The notes beneath the pieces were generated by a model. It was not told the DNA's origin and made no database searches. It saw nothing but the letters and a program-made list of their open reading frames with translations. A stretch of 64,000 nt of DNA from an uncultured Candidatus Izemoplasmatales bacterium (GTDB taxonomy: Bacteria > Bacillota_I > Bacilli_A > Izemoplasmatales > Izemoplasmataceae): contig CAZXSS010000001.1 of assembly GCA_964643385.1 (NCBI GenBank), positions 5,283 through 69,282 on the forward strand, given 5' to 3'. Made by a program: the position numbers and the translations under genes. Below are positions 54,758 through 63,052 of this stretch, piece by piece (the first letter of the stretch is position 1; every line of letters starts with the position of its first letter).

Positions 54758-54787
54758 ATTATAGTATATAAATGTAAGCGTTGTCAA
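54758..54787 (-). promoter_or_regulatory. Consensus promoter driving the riboswitch and lysine operon
   Basis: Minus strand reads TTGACA (54787-54782)-18 nt-TATAAT (54763-54758), about 12 nt before the aptamer P1. Confidence 0.7.
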
Positions 54788-54962
54788 TAGCTTTTCGATG
54801 ATTCGTATAGAAATCGTTATGAGGCGTTATTTAAGGAGCTTTACGTATTTTGGTTTAGTAGGATATTGATGGATATTAAAGTGGTGTTTTTGTGTTTCAA
54901 TTTTTGTGAATGGTATTTATCTTGTTTTATTGTATAATAAAGATAAGAAAGGATGGATGCCA

Positions 54963-57323
54963 ATGAAAGGTTTATGGATTGATCAATTCAAAAAACTGTG
55001 GCAACGTCCTTTAGAGACGCTAATAATGAGTATGATTGTTTTTGCGATTACGTTTAGTTTCATGGTTATTCATCCGTTGAGTACACGCTTAGATAATCAT
55101 GTAGAATCCTATTTAGACAATCAACATGTTGAAGATTTTCATATTACTATGGGGATGATTGATTTCAATCATTTGACTGGAGCACAACGGCTTGATGTCT
55201 ATCAAACGATGAATTTATATGCGAGATTCCCAGCACTTGATGAGGATGACCCTTATCAAATGAACCAAATAAATATGGCGATATCTGAGTCGATTTATCA
55301 GTATCCTGAGTTAATTGATAGACTCTATGATTCGATGATTGAAGATGTTTTTGATGAAAGTTATACTGTAGAAAAACGCTTGCGCATGCAGCTTGAAGAT
55401 GGGGCTTATAGTTACCGCTTTATTTCTGTAAATGAAACCGTGAATGTGCCGTATATGGTAGAAGGTAATGTCCCTCGTGAAGGCGAAATTGCTTTGCTAG
55501 CGCCTTTTAAAGAGGCCCATGATTTGGCTTTAGGCGATAGGTATGAGATTCAAGGGAAGACATTTACTATTTCTGGTTTTTTCTACGCACCAGATTATAT
55601 TTTACCCGCTGTAAATTCGACAAACTTACATTATGACGCTCAGCGTGATGTGATTGTTTTAGCACCGGAGGCGACATTACTATCTTTTTCTGTTCCTTTT
55701 CGTGTTGATTATCAAGTTATAGGTGATTTTTCCTTGCTTGCTGGTTCGTTTGATGTGTATGATATTTTGGCTGCGGACTTACACTTATACGGCCGGAACA
55801 TGCGTATGGTAGAGACAGTTGTACCAAGAGATTTGAATTACCGTATTCAAGCAGTGTCGTTTGAAAGTCAGTTTACTGAAGTGTTTGTTTATCGGTTTTT
55901 AGCGATATTTTTTGTGTTGTCATTGGGTGTGTTTATGTTTTATCTTAAACGTCTAATCGACAGACAAAAAGAAGACTTTATGATGCTTAGAAAACTTGGC
56001 TATGGTAGGCAATCACTTATTTATAGTATGGGTAGTGTCATCTTTGTTTATGGCGGGATTATGTTACTGGCAACGGTGTTTGGACTTGGTATTGGCTATA
56101 TGATGTTTGATGCTTATAGCGCGCGGTATGTGATGCCTTTTACTGATTATACATTCCCCTTTATCAGTGTTCTTATTGGCTTTGTACTTCCATTTATTGT
56201 TTTATCTTTATTTATTCTAGGCTATACAGCATATCATATCGCTAAAAGACTGAAAACAAAATCTATAACAAAATTTACCATGCGTATGGCTAAACTTGGG
56301 CATGGTGTGCTAAATGGTATAATATTTTTAGTTATTGCGAGTATGATTTTAATCTCTGTCTTTTCATCACAGCTTTTATCGGGATTTAAAGACGATACCT
56401 TAGAAGGTAAACACTTTGCTTCAATGATATATTATTATCATTTTCAAAGTGATCCACTGCATGATGGGGAAGAAGGATTTATTCATCACTCTTTGTCTAT
56501 TACGCAAATTAACGATGAACGATTAGATGATGCGATGATTGTTCAAGGATATGGCATCGATAAAGATACAACGCTTTTACAGTTAAACGATGATGAAACC
56601 AATGTTGTGCCTTTACTAACTGATACTGGTGTGATTTTTTCCCAAAACGCCGCAAAAATTCATGGTGTTGAAGCTGGAGATATCGTGAAGATTAAGATTG
56701 GTTATGTGCAAGCATCATTCACGGTGTTGGCGGTGAGTGATGAATGGATGGAACGGAGTATCTATCTTATGGATGACACGATGCTTGAGATGTTAGGTTA
56801 TGAGGATATGACACTTTATAACGGTATGTTTTCTGAAGACGTGGTTGACGATGAATCCCTTGTTTACCGGCATTTACAATATGGGGTTATGGTAGATCAA
56901 ATTGAGATGATGTTTTATGCAAGCAGTGCGCTCATTTGGGCGATTATGGTGTTATCGATTGGTCTAGCTAGCGTTATGTTATATTTTTTCATCTATGATC
57001 GCTTGCAATTTGCTAGTGCGTATCTATTAACACTTAGGGCATTAGGTTATACAATAAAAGAAACATACATTGTGTTTTTTAAACACATGTATCTCTTGTT
57101 TATGATTGGCTTTATTTTTGCGATTTTCATCGCGCAGTTTGTCATTTTGCGTGTGCTAGATTATGTGTATGATACGTTTGGATTTACGTTCCCGTTTGCA
57201 CTCAATGGTGTTACCATTGCCCTAGTGTTTATTGGTCTGAGTCTTTTGTTTATTGTTAGTACTTATGTGCTTCATAAACGGCTTGCCAATCAATCGCTTA
57301 GTACGCTATTAAAAAAGGTTTAA
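54963..57323 (+). CDS. ABC transporter permease with two FtsX/MacB-type modules (no adjacent ATPase)
   Basis: Two repeats of TM - large extracytoplasmic domain - three TM. ATG 54963 is 9 nt after GAAAGGA; the track start at 54906 is GTG, and ATG 54957 is also possible. Confidence 0.8.
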   Translation: MKGLWIDQFKKLWQRPLETLIMSMIVFAITFSFMVIHPLSTRLDNHVESYLDNQHVEDFHITMGMIDFNHLTGAQRLDVYQTMNLYARFPALDEDDPYQMNQINMAISESIYQYPELIDRLYDSMIEDVFDESYTVEKRLRMQLEDGAYSYRFISVNETVNVPYMVEGNVPREGEIALLAPFKEAHDLALGDRYEIQGKTFTISGFFYAPDYILPAVNSTNLHYDAQRDVIVLAPEATLLSFSVPFRVDYQVIGDFSLLAGSFDVYDILAADLHLYGRNMRMVETVVPRDLNYRIQAVSFESQFTEVFVYRFLAIFFVLSLGVFMFYLKRLIDRQKEDFMMLRKLGYGRQSLIYSMGSVIFVYGGIMLLATVFGLGIGYMMFDAYSARYVMPFTDYTFPFISVLIGFVLPFIVLSLFILGYTAYHIAKRLKTKSITKFTMRMAKLGHGVLNGIIFLVIASMILISVFSSQLLSGFKDDTLEGKHFASMIYYYHFQSDPLHDGEEGFIHHSLSITQINDERLDDAMIVQGYGIDKDTTLLQLNDDETNVVPLLTDTGVIFSQNAAKIHGVEAGDIVKIKIGYVQASFTVLAVSDEWMERSIYLMDDTMLEMLGYEDMTLYNGMFSEDVVDDESLVYRHLQYGVMVDQIEMMFYASSALIWAIMVLSIGLASVMLYFFIYDRLQFASAYLLTLRALGYTIKETYIVFFKHMYLLFMIGFIFAIFIAQFVILRVLDYVYDTFGFTFPFALNGVTIALVFIGLSLLFIVSTYVLHKRLANQSLSTLLKKV

Positions 57324-57343
57324 TGCACATTATGCATTAAACC
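57311..57343 (-). terminator. Terminator of the gpx operon, embedded in convergent gene ends
   Basis: ggtttaatgca / tgcattaaacc, 11-bp stem (57317-57343) enclosing both stop codons (57321-57323 and 57330-57332). U6 follows on the minus strand only. Confidence 0.65.
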
Positions 57344-57596
57344 ATTCGAAAGCATCATCATTGCCGAAGGTATAATCAGTGTTTGAGACAAAAAGCGCAT
57401 GAATTTTCTTACCTTCAATCCGGGCAAAGACAACTTGGTCTCGCGCTGTATCGTAATACGGTGTGTAGGTTTCTTCGCCGATGGTTAATTTACTGTTTGA
57501 GGGAATCTTTTCGAATCGTTTCAGTGATTTGGAAATATGGTTTTGAAATCGTCCGTTTAATATTAATGTTTTTGTTCTTAAGATTTTATCTGTCAT
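57330..57596 (-). CDS. Hypothetical 88-aa protein, translationally coupled to gpx
   Basis: Strong RBS AGAGGTGA, 4 nt before ATG 57596. 11-nt overlap with the gpx 3' end. No recognisable motif. Confidence 0.55.
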   Translation of the reverse strand: MTDKILRTKTLILNGRFQNHISKSLKRFEKIPSNSKLTIGEETYTPYYDTARDQVVFARIEGKKIHALFVSNTDYTFGNDDAFEWFNA

Positions 57597-58077
57597 GCTT
57601 CACCTCTAGTAATGTGTCGATGTCTTCTTTTATCGTTAGTGGGTCGATATTTGATGGATAGCGTTTATAGATATCGCCATCTTTTGTAATTAAGAATTTT
57701 TCGAAGTTCCAAGCGATGTTATCATTATATGGAAATGGTGCATATTTAATTAAATGATCATATAATGGGTGTCTGTTTGGGCCGTTGACACGGGTTTTTT
57801 GAAACATTGGAAAACTGACCCCGTAATGAAGTGTACAATAGTCTAATATTTCCTTATTGGTGCCTGGGTCTTGGTTTTTAAACTGATTACTAGGAAAGCC
57901 AAGAACTGTAAAGCCTTGATCTTTATAAAGTTGATATAATGTTTCTAATGATTCAAATTGTGGTGTATACCCACATTTACTTGCGGTATTGACAACGAGG
58001 ATGACATGGCCTCGTAATGATTCTAATGATGTCATGGGGTTATTTAGTGGCTCAAGCGGAATCGAATAGATATCCAT
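57586..58077 (-). CDS. gpx: Glutathione peroxidase family (Cys-type, BsaA-like)
   Basis: VNTASKCGYTPQ active-site motif, FPSNQF, WNFEKFL. Confidence 0.92.
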   Translation of the reverse strand: MDIYSIPLEPLNNPMTSLESLRGHVILVVNTASKCGYTPQFESLETLYQLYKDQGFTVLGFPSNQFKNQDPGTNKEILDYCTLHYGVSFPMFQKTRVNGPNRHPLYDHLIKYAPFPYNDNIAWNFEKFLITKDGDIYKRYPSNIDPLTIKEDIDTLLEVKHDR

Positions 58078-58125
58078 AAGGTGCTCCTTTCAAAATATAG
58101 ATAAATTTGAACAAAGGGTGATTTG

Positions 58126-58728
58126 ATGAAAAACAAAGATTTGAAACATGAGATTATTAAGGCGGCATACAAGGCTTTTGCAAAAGCAAGCTATCGTAAG
58201 GTATCGACCAATGATATTGTCGATGAGGCGGGTGTGTCTAAAGGACTATTGTTTCATTATTTTAAAAATAAAAAATCACTATACCTTACCCTTTATGAGA
58301 TGGCTTGGTTAATTATTCATAAGGATATTTTTGATGATTTCCCTTATGAAGAACGGGATGTGTTTGAACGCTTGAAATTTTTGATTTTAAGGAAAAGCCA
58401 AGCGATGCAAGAACACAAAACTTTAACGTCGTTTATTAAGCAAGTCCATATGAATGATGATAAGGAAATTGCAAAAAAACGGAGTCAGATGTATCATGCG
58501 TTCCAACAAAAAAATTATAAACGGGTATTTGAGAACATCGATACCTCATTATTTAAACGGCCGGATTATCATGATGAAATCTTCAAAGTTGTGACATGGA
58601 CGTTTAATAAGTTGATGCATGATTGGGAAAAACAACATGCCCATAAAGATACGCATGAAGCCATTACTATTTTAGAGGAAGAATTGTGTCACTATACACG
58701 GTTCTTCAAGCGGTATTTTTATAGTTAA
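58126..58728 (+). CDS. TetR/AcrR family transcriptional regulator
   Basis: N-terminal HTH YRKVSTNDIVDEAGVSKGLLFHYFKNK. Divergent from gpx. ATG 58126 after RBS AAAGGGTG. Confidence 0.88.
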   Translation: MKNKDLKHEIIKAAYKAFAKASYRKVSTNDIVDEAGVSKGLLFHYFKNKKSLYLTLYEMAWLIIHKDIFDDFPYEERDVFERLKFLILRKSQAMQEHKTLTSFIKQVHMNDDKEIAKKRSQMYHAFQQKNYKRVFENIDTSLFKRPDYHDEIFKVVTWTFNKLMHDWEKQHAHKDTHEAITILEEELCHYTRFFKRYFYS

Positions 58729-59052
58729 TTATACCAATCCGGTAATGCGTGCGGTATGCGCGATAATCATCACAAACAGCCCATAAATCAAGAGTGCATT
58801 AACAACGATTCCAAGAATGATGTTAATAACGAATCGTAAGCGAATATCGCGGTTGTCGATGCGGTGGGCAAGAATGTATTGGATGGTGTATGAAAAATAC
58901 CTCAGTAAAACCCAACTATTTGCAAGTGCTGTTATAATTAGGATGATTGTTATCAAAGGGTTTATGTCATAAAGCAATCCAGACACAACGATGTGTGCAC
59001 CGGCAATCACTGTTAACAATATGAGTTTTTTTAGTAAGCGTTGCGGTTTCAT
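58729..59052 (-). CDS. Hypothetical three-TM membrane protein
   Basis: 107 aa with three hydrophobic helices and RBS AGGTGA. Its stop codon is back-to-back with the tetR stop (TAATTA). Confidence 0.5.
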   Translation of the reverse strand: MKPQRLLKKLILLTVIAGAHIVVSGLLYDINPLITIILIITALANSWVLLRYFSYTIQYILAHRIDNRDIRLRFVINIILGIVVNALLIYGLFVMIIAHTARITGLV

Positions 59053-59072
59053 TATATCACCTAAATGTGCAA

Positions 59073-59103
59073 AAGGATAATCAGTGGATTATCCTTTTTT
59101 TAT
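59073..59103. other. Strong hairpin + T8 at the degV-3 3' end (terminator-like on the plus strand)
   Basis: aaggataatc-agtg-gattatcctt followed by T8 on the plus strand. On the minus strand it sits between degV-3 and the 107-aa ORF with only a weak U tract. Confidence 0.5.
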
Positions 59104-59946
59104 TGTGTATCCTAGACCAATAGCGCCAGGGCCTGCGTGGGCGCCAACAGCGGGTGTTAGTGGCATACTAAAGACGGTTTCGATGGTTGGGTCAGCTTCT
59201 TTTAAGCGTTTTTCAATGTAGTCACGGGTTTCAATGTTATTGGCATGACAAATAAACGGTGTGACATCTTTATCGGTTGTTTCTTTTAGGTACATGTCAA
59301 TGACACGGTTAACGGCTTTTTTGAAGGTTCGTATTTTTTCGACGTTTTCTACTTTACCTTCTTTAGAAATATGTAAAAGTGGTTTAATTTTTAGCATACT
59401 AGCAACGAACCCTTGCGCGTTTGATAATCGACCGTTTTTGACTAAGTAGGCTAAGGTTTCTACGGCAAAATAGATATGATTGTTATCTCTTATATGGGTA
59501 ATATCTTTAAGGATGGTATCAACGTCTTTCCCTGATGCGGCAAGTTCTGCGGCACGAAGTGCCATGGTGGCTTCAGGGTAGGCAACGCTTTTTGAGTCAA
59601 TAACGTGCACATTGAGTCCGTCTACTTTTTTTGCGGCCACTTGGGCTGCGCTATAAATTCCGCTCATGTGTGAACTTATCGTAACGACGATGAGGTCTGT
59701 ATAGCCATCATCTTTCATCGATTGATATAAGTCAACCATTGAGGCGGTTGATGGTTGTGAGGTTTTTGGGACGAGTGACTTATCAGCGCTGATTTTTTTG
59801 TAAAAGTCATCGGCGGTGAGTTCAACATGATCAAGGTATTCTTCCTCATCAAAATGAATCATTGAACGCATGATTCTAATATCGTAAGGGTGATCAAAAT
59901 AATCTAAACATGCATTGGTATCTGCGATTACGCCTATTTTTTTCAT
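59089..59946 (-). CDS. DegV family fatty-acid-binding protein (FakB-like), copy 3
   Basis: ATG 59946 (MKKIGVIADTN). Conserved blocks ISSHMSGIYS, LVKNGRLSNAQGF, HAGPGAIG. Confidence 0.9.
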   Translation of the reverse strand: MKKIGVIADTNACLDYFDHPYDIRIMRSMIHFDEEEYLDHVELTADDFYKKISADKSLVPKTSQPSTASMVDLYQSMKDDGYTDLIVVTISSHMSGIYSAAQVAAKKVDGLNVHVIDSKSVAYPEATMALRAAELAASGKDVDTILKDITHIRDNNHIYFAVETLAYLVKNGRLSNAQGFVASMLKIKPLLHISKEGKVENVEKIRTFKKAVNRVIDMYLKETTDKDVTPFICHANNIETRDYIEKRLKEADPTIETVFSMPLTPAVGAHAGPGAIGLGYTIKKG

Positions 59947-59962
59947 TGGGTGTCTCTCTCCT

Positions 59963-60655
59963 TTAGTGGATAATTTCAACGAGTAGGAAATGGGCTTTGT
60001 TTTGTGTTTTCAGGGTAACAGATTCATCGGTTAAGAAGGCATCGTGTGTTGATAGGGATTTGGTGTTTACGGTGGCGTTGCCTTCTAGTAAGACACCGTA
60101 AAGCTGGGTGTTGTCTTTATGGATGATGTCTTGTATGTGAGGATGTTTTAGTTCAGTAATATAGATGTTGATATGTTGTTTGATGGTAATTTTACCATTT
60201 TTTTCTTTGTTAGAGATGATGTGTACTAGTTGGTTTTTACGAACATCTTCTAAGATTGAAATGTTGGTGTAATAAGGATTAATTCCCCGTTCGTTAGGTT
60301 CGATCCATAGTTGAACCAATTTTAATGGTTCGTCCCCTTCGTTTTCTTCTTTGTGGGTAATTCCTGACCCGGCACTTAAATATTGCACTGAGCCTTTTTG
60401 TAGGTGGCCTGTATGACCGAGAGAATCTTGGTAAGATAGTTTACCTTGATAGACATAAGTAATGATTTCCATGTCGCGGTGCTTATGATTTTCATACCCA
60501 GCCGCAACATCGATGGTTTCATCGTTTAAGACACGTAAAGGGCCGATACCGGGATGTTTTCGTGTTGTTTTTTTGTCGAAAGGAAAATGATGAATGCAGT
60601 GAATTTCACCATAGTCTCTGGTTTCAAATTCGTCTTTTTTGTAATGTAATATCAC
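59963..60655 (-). CDS. Pirin family protein (bicupin)
   Basis: HKHRDMEIITYV and GSGITHKEEN cupin metal motifs. GTG start with RBS AAGGAG. Confidence 0.82.
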   Translation of the reverse strand: MILHYKKDEFETRDYGEIHCIHHFPFDKKTTRKHPGIGPLRVLNDETIDVAAGYENHKHRDMEIITYVYQGKLSYQDSLGHTGHLQKGSVQYLSAGSGITHKEENEGDEPLKLVQLWIEPNERGINPYYTNISILEDVRKNQLVHIISNKEKNGKITIKQHINIYITELKHPHIQDIIHKDNTQLYGVLLEGNATVNTKSLSTHDAFLTDESVTLKTQNKAHFLLVEIIH

Positions 60656-60669
60656 GTTACCTGTCTCCT

Positions 60670-61203
60670 TTAGTCAAAATTACGTGCTAGGATAAAGAAT
60701 AGATCGCTTAGTCTATTAAGGTATTTTTGGACATAGGTTAAATCGTCGCGTTTTGTGGTATCAATATACCGTATTAAGGTACGCTCAGCACGTCGTGTGA
60801 TGGCACGAGATACATCAAAGTATGCCCCTTTTAATGTGGTTTCTGATCCAGGTAAATAGAATTTAGGATCGATGGGTTTGCCTTCTAAAAACGTGGCTTC
60901 TTCATCTTCAATAAAGGTTATGTCTTTGTCGTTAATTTGTCTTAATGCATTATAACGATCTGGATGAATTGATTTGTTTGTGGCGATAAGGGCGTTAATG
61001 GCTTGCAACGTGGTTTGGATGTTTTTTATTTTTTCATAGTGGGTGTGGTGAAATGTAAGTCCAAGCATACTAGATAACTCATCGATGGTACCTAATGTTT
61101 CAAAGAGTAAATCGCTTTTGCTAAATGCTTCGTTTGAGTAATTTTTTGATGTCCCTTTGTCACCGGTTTTTGTGGAAATTTGTGTATATTTATCGATTGC
61201 CAT
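60670..61203 (-). CDS. pduO: PduO-type ATP:cob(I)alamin adenosyltransferase
   Basis: TKTGDKGTS N-terminal motif, DELSSMLG, RRAER. 177 aa. Confidence 0.88.
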   Translation of the reverse strand: MAIDKYTQISTKTGDKGTSKNYSNEAFSKSDLLFETLGTIDELSSMLGLTFHHTHYEKIKNIQTTLQAINALIATNKSIHPDRYNALRQINDKDITFIEDEEATFLEGKPIDPKFYLPGSETTLKGAYFDVSRAITRRAERTLIRYIDTTKRDDLTYVQKYLNRLSDLFFILARNFD

Positions 61204-61273
61204 TAGGAATCACTCCTTTTTTCTCTATAAGTGTATTGTAGCATGTGTTATGTGGTTTTGTTTCACTGATGTT

Positions 61274-62131
61274 TTATTTTTTAAAAGTCTTAACGCGTTT
61301 AAATGATAACGCAATAAATAGTATCAGTAAGATAAGTGTGATGATAATAATGGTGAGTAATGTTAAGGGGGTATCGCCTAAGGTTAGTTTAATTCCTAGT
61401 AGATGGGTATAGGTTTCGCGCATCTCTATATGATTAACAAACGCACGGTCTAAGGCTTCTTCCATATAAACGATTCTAAACGCACTGGCGAGTTGTAACG
61501 TGGGTAAGGCACTCATAATAGTTTGGGTTGTGCTAGGCAAACTGCCAACAACGACATAAAGTCCCGCTAAAAATCCGATTAAGGTTCCAACTAACGTACT
61601 GAGTGTACCATGAGCATTGGATGTTTTAATGTAAGTTGTGACGAAGAAAAATATGGCAGAAAATAGCCCATTTGATAATAAGAGTAATAAGAGTAAACTT
61701 AGGATGGTTAATAGTGATGGTGTATAGGTAAATGTAAAACCTAAATAAAGCAGACCAATGGTTAAGTTGATGGTACTTAACACCATGCCAATGATAATGG
61801 CACTGATAAGATAACTTAAAACGATGAGTTTACGATTCACTGGGGAAACATAAAAATCGTTGATGGCTTTTACTTCTAAGTCCCTAACCATAATGCCTAA
61901 GAAACCTAACGGTACAGTAACAGTTGAAACCATTAAAACACCAGCGAGTACCCAACTGTGAATGACGAAGTTGGCGTCTGGAAGCTCGGCAAACTCACCA
62001 CCAAAAGCGTTCTTTAAAAAGAGTAAGAATAATCCTAATATGATTAAAACGCTTAAAAATGAGAAAAATACAGCCCAACGATCTCTTAAGAAGTTGGTTA
62101 TATGTCGTTTAACAAGAGCGTGAATAATCAT
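61274..62131 (-). CDS. ABC-2 type transporter permease
   Basis: 285 aa, 6 TM. Start overlaps the ATPase gene stop by 1 nt. Confidence 0.75.
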   Translation of the reverse strand: MIIHALVKRHITNFLRDRWAVFFSFLSVLIILGLFLLFLKNAFGGEFAELPDANFVIHSWVLAGVLMVSTVTVPLGFLGIMVRDLEVKAINDFYVSPVNRKLIVLSYLISAIIIGMVLSTINLTIGLLYLGFTFTYTPSLLTILSLLLLLLLSNGLFSAIFFFVTTYIKTSNAHGTLSTLVGTLIGFLAGLYVVVGSLPSTTQTIMSALPTLQLASAFRIVYMEEALDRAFVNHIEMRETYTHLLGIKLTLGDTPLTLLTIIIITLILLILFIALSFKRVKTFKK

Positions 62132-63039
62132 TATACTGTCCCCCCTTCTAAGGCGTCTCCTGTGATGTTTAAGAAGACATCATCCATATTGGCTTTAACA
62201 ATCTCAAATGATGCGATATAGGGTTTAAACTGATTGACTAACGCAATACCTTCAAAGGAATCTTTTAACGGTATGTGAATGATGGCGGCATTTTTATGAT
62301 AAGTAATATTATGTTTATCTAAGGCTTCTGTTAAGCCGTCTTTAGGGTATATTTTTAATGTGTCATCAGCGTATGTTTTGCGTAAGTTGTCTGCGGAATC
62401 TTCGGCTTTAATCATGCCGTTATGTAAGATAATGACATGGTCTGCATCAAGGACTTCTTCCATGTAGTGGGTGGTGAGTAAAATGGTCATGTTATTTTGT
62501 TCTTTAAGTGTTAAGATTAAGTTCCAGATATCTTTTCTGCTTTTTGGGTCAAGTCCTGTAGTTGGTTCATCGAGCATGAGTAAACGTGGGTTGTGTAAAA
62601 GGGCTCTAGCAATGTCAGCTTTACGTTTTTGTCCGCCAGATAAGGTGTTGAATGGTTGATGTAGGAAGTCATCAAAATGGATGAGTGTGTTTAACTCATT
62701 AAGGGTTTTTTCAAACGTTGGTTTGTCCATGTGATAAAAGGCGCGACGGATGTTTAGATTTTCATATACGGTTAACAGTGGGTCTAGGGTTGTATATTGA
62801 AACACGACGCCAATGCTGCGTCTGATGGCATCATCATCGTTGTCTAATGTATGACCGTTAATGGTGACATCGCCTTCATCTTTTTGTAGTAAGGTGGCAA
62901 GGATTTCAATGGTGGTGCTTTTTCCTGCGCCGTTTGGCCCAAGCAAGGCAAAAAATGCGTTTTCTTTTACAGAAAAAGAGATGTGTTTAATAGCGTGAAC
63001 GGTGTCATAATGTTTTGATAAATTGTTTACGGTAATCAT
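62131..63039 (-). CDS. ABC transporter ATP-binding protein (DrrA/ABC-2 exporter type)
   Basis: GPNGAGKST, LSGGQKRK, LMLDEPTTGLD; 302 aa. Confidence 0.9.
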   Translation of the reverse strand: MITVNNLSKHYDTVHAIKHISFSVKENAFFALLGPNGAGKSTTIEILATLLQKDEGDVTINGHTLDNDDDAIRRSIGVVFQYTTLDPLLTVYENLNIRRAFYHMDKPTFEKTLNELNTLIHFDDFLHQPFNTLSGGQKRKADIARALLHNPRLLMLDEPTTGLDPKSRKDIWNLILTLKEQNNMTILLTTHYMEEVLDADHVIILHNGMIKAEDSADNLRKTYADDTLKIYPKDGLTEALDKHNITYHKNAAIIHIPLKDSFEGIALVNQFKPYIASFEIVKANMDDVFLNITGDALEGGTV

Positions 63040-63052
63040 AATAAACTCCTTA

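Noticed and set aside
54869-54937. 22-aa Cys-rich mini-ORF (MDIKVVFLCFNFCEWYLSCFIV) upstream of the double-FtsX permease; possible leader peptide.
   Set aside because: It has only a weak AGGA-like RBS, is very short, and its conservation cannot be checked here. It may be chance in AT-rich DNA.
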